Shown in pieces: positions 9,643 through 20,121 of a DNA stretch of 64,000 nucleotides (within the stretch, counting starts at the first letter, position 1; every line of letters begins with the position of its first letter). A program made the position numbers and the translations under genes. Below the pieces are notes generated by a model, which saw only the letters and a list, made by a program, of their open reading frames with translations, made no database searches and had not been told where the DNA came from. The DNA comes from an uncultured Anaerolineae bacterium (lineage in GTDB: Bacteria; Chloroflexota; Anaerolineae; JAADDB01), in NCBI GenBank assembly GCA_964487375.1, contig CAZAQA010000009.1:47747-111746 (forward strand). The letters are read 5' to 3'.

Positions 9643-10308
9643 ATGCAGTCAACAATATCTACGGCAGACGAGAGGATGCATATGACGGGAACCATAAAGT
9701 CGAACGGTCCAAAAAACGAACGGGGAGCACCCAAACAGAAGAAAAATGGGGAGAAGAAAGAGCTCCACCGTCTCATCAACGAAGGCGCCCGGCTCCTGGC
9801 CCAGCGAAAGGGCAAAGAAGCCGCAGAGGTCCTGGAGAAGGCATACTACCTGGCCCCGGATGATGCAGATGTGTTGATCAACCTGGGGGGCGCTTATATC
9901 CTTCAGCACAAGTTCGCCGACGCCATTGCCATCCTGGAGGAAGCGACCAGGGTCGCGCCGGATAATCCCATGGTGTGGACGAACCTGGCCGCGGCCTACC
10001 TGGGGCACCTGGAACATGCGGGTGAGGAGGAGCAACGGGCAGCCATCGCCGCGTTCAAGAAAGCCCTGGAGCTGGACCCGAAAGCACCACACGTGAACTA
10101 CAATTTGGGGCTGATTTACCTGCAGCGAGGGGATTTGACCGAGGCGCTGGCCCATTTCCGCCGCGCCCTGGATGTCAACCCCGCCGACAAGGACGCTCTG
10201 CACTATGTCCAGAAACTCCGGCTCCGGTTGGCGAAGGAACAGGCACAGGAGAAGGGACAAAGTTCCGAATCGTCGGGCGAGGACGGCGGCCCGGCCGGGG
10301 CCGCGTGA
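9643..10308 (+). CDS. Tetratricopeptide-repeat protein
   Basis: Several 34-aa TPR units (AYYLAPDDADVLINLGGAYILQHKFADAIAILEEA..., ALELDPKAPHVNYNLGLIYLQRGDLTEALAHFRRALDVNP). Basic N-terminus and acidic C-tail. ATG 9643 has a GGGAG RBS; alternative TTG at 9616. Confidence 0.7.
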   Translation: MQSTISTADERMHMTGTIKSNGPKNERGAPKQKKNGEKKELHRLINEGARLLAQRKGKEAAEVLEKAYYLAPDDADVLINLGGAYILQHKFADAIAILEEATRVAPDNPMVWTNLAAAYLGHLEHAGEEEQRAAIAAFKKALELDPKAPHVNYNLGLIYLQRGDLTEALAHFRRALDVNPADKDALHYVQKLRLRLAKEQAQEKGQSSESSGEDGGPAGAA

Positions 10309-11564
10309 GGATGAAGGGGCGAGCGATGCAAGGCCTGTGGCAGCGGAGTCCGGAGCGTGTGGCCTGGGTGGTCATGCTCCTCTCGTTTTTTCTCTGCCTG
10401 GTCCTGGCCGTCGGTACCCCGTTAGGGGTGCGGACCTTCCTCAGGCACGCGTCTCAGCCGGTTCCTCTGAAAGCCCGCTCCTTGCACGGCATTGCCCTCC
10501 TGGCCGTCCCCGGGCAGGAAGAACTGGCCGCCATCACCCGCCCGCGTGCTTTCACTCCCGGACGTACCCTGCGCACAGACGCGAGCTCTTCCGCGCTCCT
10601 GTCCGCCAGCGGAGAAGGAGGAGGGGAATTTGCGGCCGAGGTCATTACCATCCTCATGTACAATAACACCGAGCTGACCCTGCTCACCGCAGAACGTCCT
10701 CGGTTCCCCCAGTGGAGCCCCGACCCGGTACGGGTAAAAGTGCGGGTCGATCAGGGCCGTATCCGTGTGGTCAGCGGCCGTTACGACCACCGGCCACTGA
10801 TCACCACGGTGGAAACCCCCCACGGACTCGTGACGGCTCAGGACGCGTCTTTCTCGGTCTTCGTGAACAATCAAGGCATGGAAGTCACGGTCCGGCAGGG
10901 GAGAGTGCGGGTTTTTGCTCGGGGGCTGGAAGTGCCGGTGGCTGAAGGCCAGCGGACCAAGGTCCCTCTGGCCCAGCCTCCCCAACCGCCCACCTCCGCG
11001 GAGCGCAACCTGATTCGGAACGGCAATTTCACCCAGCCCTTGGAGACAACCTGGACGGTAGGATTTCTGCAGCCGGACGTGGTAACCGCGGGCACGGTTT
11101 CGGTCGTGGACGCGGGGGGACGCCGTGCGGTTCAGTTCACGCGCCGCGCCGAAGAGGGGGTACACACCGAAGTCTGGATCGAGCAGAAACTCAACCGGGA
11201 CGTGCGCGATGTGGATTCCCTGGTCCTGCGCATGGACGTACGTTTGCTCTACCAAAGCCTGCCTGGGGGAGGATTCCTGGGCTCGGAGTACCCATTGATG
11301 GTGCGCATCGACTACACCGATGTCTACGGCAAGGACCGTTTCTGGGTTCACGGGTTCTACTTCCGCGATCCGCAAAAGGGATGGCCCACAGTGAACGGAG
11401 AGAAGATTCCTCCCTTTGTCTGGTGGCCTTATGAATCCACCAACCTGGTGGCCCTTTGGGAGCAAACCAACACCCGGCCGGCCGTGCTGCACAAAATCCG
11501 CATTTACGCATCGGGACATAATTATCAGTCCATGGTGGCCGAGGTGGGGCTCTTTGCCCGCTGA
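10305..11564 (+). CDS. Hypothetical membrane-anchored protein (N-terminal TM helix, large extracytoplasmic domain; possibly FecR-like)
   Basis: ORF start overlaps the TPR stop. Hydrophobic anchor VAWVVMLLSFFLCLVLAVG. Remaining 380 aa hydrophilic with W/Y-rich C-terminus. No catalytic motif recognised. Confidence 0.55.
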   Translation: MRMKGRAMQGLWQRSPERVAWVVMLLSFFLCLVLAVGTPLGVRTFLRHASQPVPLKARSLHGIALLAVPGQEELAAITRPRAFTPGRTLRTDASSSALLSASGEGGGEFAAEVITILMYNNTELTLLTAERPRFPQWSPDPVRVKVRVDQGRIRVVSGRYDHRPLITTVETPHGLVTAQDASFSVFVNNQGMEVTVRQGRVRVFARGLEVPVAEGQRTKVPLAQPPQPPTSAERNLIRNGNFTQPLETTWTVGFLQPDVVTAGTVSVVDAGGRRAVQFTRRAEEGVHTEVWIEQKLNRDVRDVDSLVLRMDVRLLYQSLPGGGFLGSEYPLMVRIDYTDVYGKDRFWVHGFYFRDPQKGWPTVNGEKIPPFVWWPYESTNLVALWEQTNTRPAVLHKIRIYASGHNYQSMVAEVGLFAR

Positions 11565-11611
11565 GCAGGCCGGATCGTCTCGGAGTGTCGGAAGCGCGAG
11601 GAGGGAGAACG

Positions 11612-12154
11612 ATGTATCACCCGATCATGGTCACGGGAATTGACCCTATTGGCTGGGAGTCGATGGAAGCAGCCTGTCAGATCATCGAGCCGCGTTTCAA
11701 CGCCGTCTGCCTGCTGGAGGAACCCTTGAGCGCGCCGGACAGCGCTTACGACGCCGAGCGCCACCAGTATCGCAGTGACGTTCTGCTCGGATACCTGCGC
11801 TTGCTGACGCCGGACCATGTGGAAAAACTGGTGGCGTTGACCGAGCTGGACCTGTACGTGCCCGGGCTGAACTTTGTCTTTGGCCAGGCCGAGCGAGGAG
11901 GGCGCAACGCTGTCGTGAGCGTAGCCCGCCTGCATCCCGAATTTTACGGTCATCCCGCCGACATGGCCTTGTTCCTGAGCCGAGTGCGCAAAGAAGTGGT
12001 ACACGAACTCGGCCACACGTATGGGCTTGACCACTGTTCAGACTCCCGGTGCGTCATGTCGTTCTCCAACAGCATCGCCGAGGTAGACCGCAAGCGCTCG
12101 GAGTTCTGCACCCACTGCCAACGACATCTGAAAACGCGGCTCGGTAAGTGGTGA
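11612..12154 (+). CDS. amzA: Archaemetzincin (peptidase M54, AmzA-like zinc metallopeptidase)
   Basis: Signature HELGHTYGLDHCSDSRCVMSFSNS, i.e. the HExxHxxGxxH zinc site followed by the Cys4-type motif CxxxxC...CxxC (CTHCQRH). Size about 180 aa from ATG 11612. Confidence 0.75.
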   Translation: MYHPIMVTGIDPIGWESMEAACQIIEPRFNAVCLLEEPLSAPDSAYDAERHQYRSDVLLGYLRLLTPDHVEKLVALTELDLYVPGLNFVFGQAERGGRNAVVSVARLHPEFYGHPADMALFLSRVRKEVVHELGHTYGLDHCSDSRCVMSFSNSIAEVDRKRSEFCTHCQRHLKTRLGKW

Positions 12155-12198
12155 AGAGGAAGAGAGGTCCCCGCAAGGCGGGAGCCCTCCATGTTGCT

Positions 12199-13437
12199 TT
12201 ATCCTCCTGCCGATTCCGCCATCCGCTTGTGAAGTTGCAGGTAGCCTATTGTGGCAACCAGGCCGACGAGGCCGGCAATATACCAGACCCAACGCGGGTC
12301 ATAGTGGTCCATGACCCACCCGGCCGCGAGGGGACCGACCATTGCTGCCGCGACCCAACTCAAGCCAAACGCGGCCATGTAGCGTCCTCGCATGTCCTCC
12401 GGAGCTAAGTTAGCAGCGACCGCCCTGGCTGTGGGCACAATAAGCATTTCTCCCACGGTCAAAATCACAACGGCCGTCAGGAAGAGAACAAAAGTGGCCA
12501 CGATTCCGTACATGGCAAATCCGACTGCGTAGAGCAATGTGCCCAGCGCCAGAACGCGCATGGGGGGAGAGGCGTTGACGCGTCGCGTGATGGAGAACTG
12601 AAAGAGCACGACCAGGGCAGCATTCGTGCTCATAATGATGCCAAAGCCGGCCGCGGGCACGCCATGGACATCGCGCAGGTACACGGCCAACGTGGAGTAC
12701 ATCTGCGTGGCGACCATGGTCGTGAGGGTAAAGAGGAGGAGGAAAAGGACAAAGAGGCGGTTGCGGAAGACTACGGTGTATCCGGCGAGGGAACTCCACA
12801 AGGTGGCCGGTCGTTCGTCCTTTTTCGCAGCGATTGCAACCGGTCGCGTTTCTTGGATGTAGGCGTAGACGATGAGGGCCGTGATGAAACTGGAAACGGC
12901 ATCGAGGATGAAGAGCAACAGGTAGGAACGACTGGCCAAGAACCCTCCGATGGCCGGGCCGACGGCTACTGTGGCATTCATGGCCACCCGAAAGACGGCA
13001 AATCCGTCCGCCCGCTGTTCCTCCGGGAGCAAGTCGGCGATCATGGCCATCTGGGCCGGCTGAGCGGCCTGGGCAAAAAGCCCGGCCAGGAAGGCAAAAA
13101 CATAGAAGAGCGATAGCCGGTTGACCAGTCCCATCCCCAAACCGGTCGCGGCGCTGGTGAGCAGGCCGAAAATGAGCATGCTCTTGCGGCCTATCAGGTC
13201 GGTGAGTGCGCCTCCTACGACCTGCCCAAACAGTGTGGCAAGAGCGTAGAAGGAAAAGAGGAAGCCCACTTCGGTCATGCCGACCCGGAATCGGGCCGTG
13301 AGGTAGAGGGAGAAGAAGGGGAAGAGGAGTGCTCCTCCCAGGTTGTCGATGAAGGAAGCCGCGACAATCAGCCAGAACTGAACCGGATATGCCCGGTATG
13401 TGGAACGAATCCGCTCCTGGAGTCCCAAAATGCTCAA
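12199..13437 (-). CDS. MFS transporter
   Basis: 412 aa, 12 predicted TM helices. MFS motif A-like G-x-L-x-D-x-x-G-R-K (GGALTDLIGRKSM) between TM2 and TM3, repeated in the second half. Confidence 0.8.
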   Translation of the reverse strand: MSILGLQERIRSTYRAYPVQFWLIVAASFIDNLGGALLFPFFSLYLTARFRVGMTEVGFLFSFYALATLFGQVVGGALTDLIGRKSMLIFGLLTSAATGLGMGLVNRLSLFYVFAFLAGLFAQAAQPAQMAMIADLLPEEQRADGFAVFRVAMNATVAVGPAIGGFLASRSYLLLFILDAVSSFITALIVYAYIQETRPVAIAAKKDERPATLWSSLAGYTVVFRNRLFVLFLLLFTLTTMVATQMYSTLAVYLRDVHGVPAAGFGIIMSTNAALVVLFQFSITRRVNASPPMRVLALGTLLYAVGFAMYGIVATFVLFLTAVVILTVGEMLIVPTARAVAANLAPEDMRGRYMAAFGLSWVAAAMVGPLAAGWVMDHYDPRWVWYIAGLVGLVATIGYLQLHKRMAESAGG

Positions 13438-13754
13438 AGCTTATCTCCTTGGAATCGCAGGATGCCGCTGAGCCCTACCTCTGCGTCGATGCTTCCCGAG
13501 CACGGCCCTGGTCCCGAGGTGTTCGAACCGCTCCGATGGCGGCATAAGTGTAAGAGGGAGGCGCAGACCGGACAAATTGGGCCGGGACGCAAGTCAACGG
13601 CGTGGGAGATGGGGCCTTACTGCGCTGGCTCATATACAAGGCAGCCTGATATGGTATACTCTTATGAGTGCATTCGAATACGCGTGTGCCCGGCGAGTAC
13701 GCTTCCATCATATTTTCATACAATAGCACGTGGCGTCACACGAGGAGGTGTGAG

Positions 13755-14972
13755 ATGTCTCCGGAGTTGGTCGCTAAACCTGGTGAGGTCCAGTTTGCCA
13801 AGGGCATGGAAGGAGTCATCGCCCGTGAAACCACCAAGAGTTACGTCGACGGAAAGAACGGTAAGCTGTACTATCACGGTATTCCCATCGAGGAGCTGGC
13901 CGAGAACTCCTCCTTTGAGGAAGTGGCGTTCCTACTTCTATACGATCGCCTGCCGACGGAGTCGGAATTTGAGTATTTCAAATCCCGGATGGTCCAATAT
14001 CGTGAGATCGCTCCCGAAGTGTATGATTACATCATTAAGGCCAGCGGCAGGTACAACGATACGCCTATGTCCGTTCTACGCACGGCGGTTTCTATGTTGG
14101 CTTCCTTCGATGACTCCGCGGAAGAGGATAGCCTGCCCGCGCATGAGCGCGAGGCCATCAAACTGATTTCCCGCCTGGCCACCATTGCAGCAGCCATTGG
14201 GCGGGCCCGCCATGGCCTGGAGCCCATCCACCCACGTCCCGATCTCTCCCACGCCGGAAATTTCCTCTACATGCTCTTCGGCGAGGCTCCCGATCCCTTT
14301 TACGAACGCGTGATGGACGTGATTCTGGTTCTGCACGCGGACCACGGTTGTAATGCCTCCACATTTGCCACCCTGGTCGTCAAATCAACCTTGTCGGACA
14401 TGTATTCTTCGATTGTGGGCGGTATTTCCGCCCTCAAGGGGCCTTTGCACGGAGGGGCCAATCAGCGAGTGATGAAGATGCTGCGGGAGATCGGCGAGCC
14501 GGATCGGGCGGAAGAATGGGTCCTGAAAGCGCTGGCCAAGAAACGGCGCATCATGGGATTCGGCCACCGAGTTTACAAGGCGTACGACCCGCGAGCCCGC
14601 ATACTCCACGGCTATGCCGAAGAAGTGGTCCGACGCGCCGGAACGGAGAAGTACCTGCACATGGCGGAGATCATCGAGCGCGTCATGATCGAGCATCTGG
14701 GCAAGAAGGGCATCTTCCCCAATGTCGACTTCTACTCGGGGGTGGTCATGTCCTCGATGGGCATCGACAAGGATCTCTTCACCCCTATTTTCGCCATGGC
14801 TCGCGTGGCCGGTTGGACGGCTCATGCCCTCGAACAGCGCATGGACAACCGCATTTTCCGCCCGCGCTTTGTGTACGTGGGGCCGGTCATCGACCACTGG
14901 GTGCCGATGGAAGAACGCCAGAAGCCAGAAGAGGAGCCAACACCACTCAATCCCTTGGAGAAGGTGTTGTAG
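13755..14972 (+). CDS. gltA: Citrate synthase
   Basis: Full-length similarity pattern to bacterial citrate synthases (ARETTKSYVDGKNGKLYYHGIPIEELAE; catalytic His/Asp region GFGHRVYK..DPRA). ATG at 13755; the upstream 29 codons of the track ORF were discarded. Confidence 0.9.
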   Translation: MSPELVAKPGEVQFAKGMEGVIARETTKSYVDGKNGKLYYHGIPIEELAENSSFEEVAFLLLYDRLPTESEFEYFKSRMVQYREIAPEVYDYIIKASGRYNDTPMSVLRTAVSMLASFDDSAEEDSLPAHEREAIKLISRLATIAAAIGRARHGLEPIHPRPDLSHAGNFLYMLFGEAPDPFYERVMDVILVLHADHGCNASTFATLVVKSTLSDMYSSIVGGISALKGPLHGGANQRVMKMLREIGEPDRAEEWVLKALAKKRRIMGFGHRVYKAYDPRARILHGYAEEVVRRAGTEKYLHMAEIIERVMIEHLGKKGIFPNVDFYSGVVMSSMGIDKDLFTPIFAMARVAGWTAHALEQRMDNRIFRPRFVYVGPVIDHWVPMEERQKPEEEPTPLNPLEKVL

Positions 14973-14996
14973 CTGCTCGTATGTGCTTCCCCTGTG

Positions 14997-15029
14997 CCCT
15001 GCAAGCGTCGGCTTGCAGGGCGTTTTTTT
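14997..15029 (+). terminator. Rho-independent terminator after citrate synthase
   Basis: Perfect 10-bp stem CCCTGCAAGC / GCTTGCAGGG with a GTCG loop, followed by TTTTTTT (15023-15029), 25 nt after the gltA stop. Confidence 0.7.
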
Positions 15030-15286
15030 GTCTTCGATGATAAGGAGAGTGCCCAGACAAAATCCATTCATCCCGACTCTCGGAGGACTATCGTTCTACA
15101 AAGGGAATCATTCATCCCCTGGCAGGGGCAAACGGCCTTTTCTTATACAATGCATACATCGCGCAAACCCTCATCTAACATTCTGCAGGGATACTGGAAG
15201 CAGCAACGAGAAACGTCGCAAATGGGGCGGATAGCGGATAAATGAAGCTAACCGCTCAAAGCACAAGAAGAACAAGGAGGATAACG

Positions 15287-15712
15287 ATGCGTGAGTATAC
15301 ACCTTTCGAGGCCATGATGCGAGAGATGTTGGGCCAGATGTTGGACCCGACGCTTCGGGGCAGGGAGTCCACGGCTCAGCCTCGCGCAGCTCGTCTACCT
15401 GTGGATGCGTGGCTGGACGGCGATAAGCTTATCCTGCAGGCCAATCTACCTGGCGCCCGTCCTGAAGATGTAGACATTACCTTTGAAGGGGATACGTTAA
15501 TCATCAATGCGGTGCTTCCCGAGCCCAAAATGAGTGGCCAGGCCGTGTTGCGGGGGCGCTACCATGGTCCCGTCCATCGAGCCCTGACGCTGGACATTCC
15601 GGTGGATGAAGAGAGGGCAGAAGCGGTGTTCAAGGATGGCGTGCTGACGCTGACCATGCCGCGAGCCGACAAGGGGCGCACCCGCAAGATTCACGTCAAG
15701 GCCGTCCCTTGA
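15287..15712 (+). CDS. Hsp20/alpha-crystallin family small heat-shock protein
   Basis: Alpha-crystallin domain with conserved P-x14-GVL-x-L (AVFKDGVLTLTMP). Sequence pattern VDAWLDGDKLILQANLPGARPEDVDITFEGDTLII. Confidence 0.85.
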   Translation: MREYTPFEAMMREMLGQMLDPTLRGRESTAQPRAARLPVDAWLDGDKLILQANLPGARPEDVDITFEGDTLIINAVLPEPKMSGQAVLRGRYHGPVHRALTLDIPVDEERAEAVFKDGVLTLTMPRADKGRTRKIHVKAVP

Positions 15713-15879
15713 GCGGGGTCGCTGCCCGATCTCTAACACTTCGCTAATTTTCGTCTTGCGTAGTTCTAACGCGACCTTGCTATAAAAAGGAATGGATTCC
15801 CAAAGGCGATGAGAGAGACGTGGGAATGCCCATCTTTCATCCTTGGGGAAGGACGTACACGTCCTGAGGAAGAAAGGAG

Positions 15880-16344
15880 GTGGCAATCATGGCTGAACTG
15901 ACGCTCTGGGAACCGGTACGCGAGGTGATGAACTTGCAGAGGGTGATGGACCGCATGTTGGAGGAAACGCTGGGCCCCTGGTACCAGCCGGTCGCGGACA
16001 GCGGTCGATGGGGACGCCGCTATGTGCCGGTGGACATTTACACGACGGATGAGAATGTGGTGATCCTGGCGGCGTTACCGGGGCTGCGCCCCGAGGACGT
16101 GGACATCACCTTCGAGGGGAACACGGTCACCCTGCGAGGTGAGTTCGCTCAGCCGACCGAGGAGAACATCAACTGGCACTTGCAGGAGCGCTATTACGGC
16201 CCCTTCGAGCGGACCATCACGCTCAACATCCCGGTGGACATGGATCACGCGGAGGCCTTTTTCGAGAACGGCCTGCTGAAGCTCATCATTCCCAAGGCCG
16301 AGGAGATTCGCCCCAAGAAGATCAAGGTTCATGTCAAAAAGTAA
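15880..16344 (+). CDS. Hsp20/alpha-crystallin family small heat-shock protein (second paralog)
   Basis: Paralogous to the previous gene (VDIYTTDENVVILAALPGLRPEDVDITFEGNTVTLRGE...FENGLLKLIIPK). GGAGG RBS. Confidence 0.85.
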   Translation: MAIMAELTLWEPVREVMNLQRVMDRMLEETLGPWYQPVADSGRWGRRYVPVDIYTTDENVVILAALPGLRPEDVDITFEGNTVTLRGEFAQPTEENINWHLQERYYGPFERTITLNIPVDMDHAEAFFENGLLKLIIPKAEEIRPKKIKVHVKK

Positions 16345-16362
16345 GGGACGGAAGCGCAGGGT

Positions 16363-16405
16363 AGGTCCTGAACAGGACCTGGGAGCGAGCCGCGGGCTCG
16401 CTCCC
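16363..16405 (+). terminator. Tandem GC-rich hairpins downstream of hsp20 (terminator-like, no U-tract)
   Basis: AGGTCCTG-aa-CAGGACCT (16363-16380). Immediately followed by GGGAGCGAGCC-gcg-GGCTCGCTCCC (16381-16405), an 11-bp perfect stem. Confidence 0.4.
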
Positions 16406-16468
16406 CCTGTGTCTAGAACCGATTACCATTCACTGTGAAGTATCCGTGTGTGAGCAGGAGGTGTGTCT

Positions 16469-16768
16469 ATGGGTTACAAGTTGCGACCTCTAGGAGATCG
16501 GGTGGTGGTCAAGCCGGTTGAACATGAGAATCAGTTGCCGAGTGGCATCATCCTGCCAGAGACCGCAAATGAAAAGCCTCAGATTGGTGAAGTGATTGCC
16601 GTCGGACCGGGCCAAAAGACCGAAGACGGCAAACGAGTCCCTCTCGATGTGGTGGTAGGTCAACAGGTTGCTTTCCCCAAGTATGCAGGAACGGAGCTGC
16701 GCCTCAACGGGGATACGTATTTGCTAATGCATGAGAATGATTTGCTCGCAGTCGTCGAACAGGAGTAA
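16469..16768 (+). CDS. groES: Co-chaperonin GroES
   Basis: About 100 aa. YKLRPLGDRVVVKPVE...GIILPETA motif. AGGAGG RBS 9 nt upstream of the ATG. Confidence 0.9.
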   Translation: MGYKLRPLGDRVVVKPVEHENQLPSGIILPETANEKPQIGEVIAVGPGQKTEDGKRVPLDVVVGQQVAFPKYAGTELRLNGDTYLLMHENDLLAVVEQE

Positions 16769-16856
16769 CCTACGGAAGGTATCAAGCATCCCATGGTGGG
16801 ATGAAGTTCATGGGCATACAGATCTCGAAGAGATTTCAACAAAAAGGAGGGTGTGA

Positions 16857-18506
<1,650 letters not shown>

Positions 18507-18528
18507 TCACCGCTCCCTTTAGAAATAC

Positions 18529-18562
18529 AGACGGGGGATGCCGTTATCGGCGTCCCCCGTCT
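18529..18562. terminator. Hairpin between convergent groEL and the FAH gene (putative bidirectional terminator)
   Basis: AGACGGGGGA / TCCCCCGTCT 10-bp stem with a 14-nt loop that itself contains GCCG..CGGC. Lies between the groEL stop (18506) and the FAH stop (18566). Confidence 0.45.
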
Positions 18563-18565
18563 TGC

Positions 18566-19456
18566 TTAACGCAGGACTCGAAGTCGGTCTTCTTCCGGTT
18601 CACCGATTTTATTTCTCAGCACGCCAATGCCTTCGATTTCCAATTCAACCTCGTCCCCCGGTCGGAGCCAACGCCCCACTTCGACGCCGCTACAGCCGGG
18701 GAATGTGCCTGTACCTAGGAGTTCACCAGGGTAAAGGATTTCACCCCAGGAGGCATACGCGACCATGTCACCCAGCCCGTGGGTTGGGTGGGCTGCTGAT
18801 CCCTCACCCCACACCTCTCCGTTGACGCGCACCGTGCCACGGAGGGCTTCGAATCGCGGAAGCACCTCGTCGGCTGTAATCACATCAGGGCCCAGCGCGT
18901 TGGCGAAATTTTTGGCTTTGAGGACGGGACCGAACACGCCTTCGGTGAACTCACGTGCTTGTAAGTCGCGAGCGCTGAAATCGTTGAGGACCACAAATCC
19001 ACCGATAGCGGCTTCCCCCTCCTCGGGCGTGAGGTTGCGTCCGGACCGAGCGATAATGACACCTAACTCCAATTCGTAGTCCAAAGCGCGCGAGTAGGGA
19101 GGCCAGGGAATTGTTTCACCATCACCGCAGAAGTTGAGGTGATTGCCCATGTAGTACACTGGAACCTAGTAAAACATCTTTTTGGGTTTCAGTTTGGGGA
19201 ACGTGTGGCCTGTGATGGACTCATACAAAGTGAGGAGTCTTCGAGTTCGGGGCATGAAACGGCGCACAACGCCGCGAGCAGCGTCAATCATGTGCCTTTC
19301 CCACAGGGAATAATCGCGAAAGGATCGGGGCTCAAAGGGCAACATCGGGGCAGGATTGAAGGTATGATCCCAATCAACCTCCACCCTGTGCGCCCACGCA
19401 AGTACCTCCTGAGCGTACTTCCGTACCTCCTCTCCTGCGGCCAGGAAGGCAGTCAT
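18566..19456 (-). pseudogene. Fumarylacetoacetate hydrolase (FAH) family gene interrupted by one in-frame TAG (N-terminal 96 codons plus C-terminal 197 codons in the same frame)
   Basis: Minus-strand reading gives ...TFPKLKPKKMFY-TAG-VPVYYMGNHLNFCGDGETIPWPPYSRALDYELELGVII.... The stop (19166-19168) sits inside the conserved P-x-yy-k/m-g...DYE-x-EL FAH core. Both ORFs are in the same frame with no shift. Confidence 0.5.
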
Positions 19457-19485
19457 ATCATCGACTGCGAAGATCGGTTCCTGGG

Positions 19486-19491
19486 ATTATA
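19486..19491 (-). promoter_or_regulatory. Consensus -10 box (TATAAT) about 30 nt upstream of the FAH start codon
   Basis: Minus-strand ATATTATAATCCC in an unusually AT-rich patch of a high-GC genome. No clean -35 element found. Confidence 0.25.
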
Positions 19492-20048
19492 ATATGTCCT
19501 GCCTCCCTGTAACCCTCCAACGCAGGGGCCAGAGGAATCCACCGATGGTCCACCCGGACAATTAAGGTAAATCCGGATGTGTCGCGGCGTCTGACGCGTC
19601 GTAGATGCATGCTCCTTCCTCCCAGAGCGGTCTTCCAGGAGACCGGCGGCCCGTATAAGGCCTCTCGTGGTCTCCTTTCGCCTTAAGTAACAAACACGTG
19701 TCCGTGAATCCACAGGGCGAAAAGTGCCCGAGATTAATCCGACGTTACGCTTCAGAAGATCCCGGACCGGTAGTTTGCTAGCGTTTCCTCGGTCTTCACC
19801 ATAAATCGCCCATATGATTGCACCCTTGCTCGTGTGCAGGCGATTCTACTACGTGGGTCGAATGGGTGTCAAAGAACATCCCCAGCCTTCCCGCCGGAGG
19901 TTCCTCAGGGGTCCGGCCATCAAAACTGCGTCCCACACGCTGTAACCCTGTGTCTTGCAGTTCCCTCCTTATGAGCCCTCCCTCACACGGGGCATTGCAA
20001 GTGGGGGGAAGCTCACCGCTCAAGCGTTGAAGAGCTTTACTCCCCGAT

Positions 20049-20087
20049 TTGACATCCTAGAGCGTTCATGCTATCCTTTGAAAGGAT
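20049..20087 (+). promoter_or_regulatory. Putative lacI-family gene promoter (TTGACA-N17-TATCCT) overlapped by inverted repeat ATCCTTT-g-AAAGGAT
   Basis: Consensus -35 TTGACA at 20049-20054, 17-nt spacer, TATCCT at 20072-20077. Inverted repeat at 20073-20087 shares the GATTCAA half-site with the downstream 21390-21403 palindrome. Confidence 0.3.
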
Positions 20088-20121
20088 TCAATTTCTGCTC
20101 ATGAACCTCCGAGGCAAAACG

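Noticed and set aside
13511-13535. tRNA-like GTTCGAACC motif
   Set aside because: The flanks cannot form T-stem or acceptor pairing, so there is no cloverleaf.
16345-16468. Search for a CIRCE (HrcA operator) upstream of groES
   Set aside because: No TTAGCACTC-N9-GAGTGCTAA-like inverted repeat is present; only GC-rich hairpins and the RBS were found.
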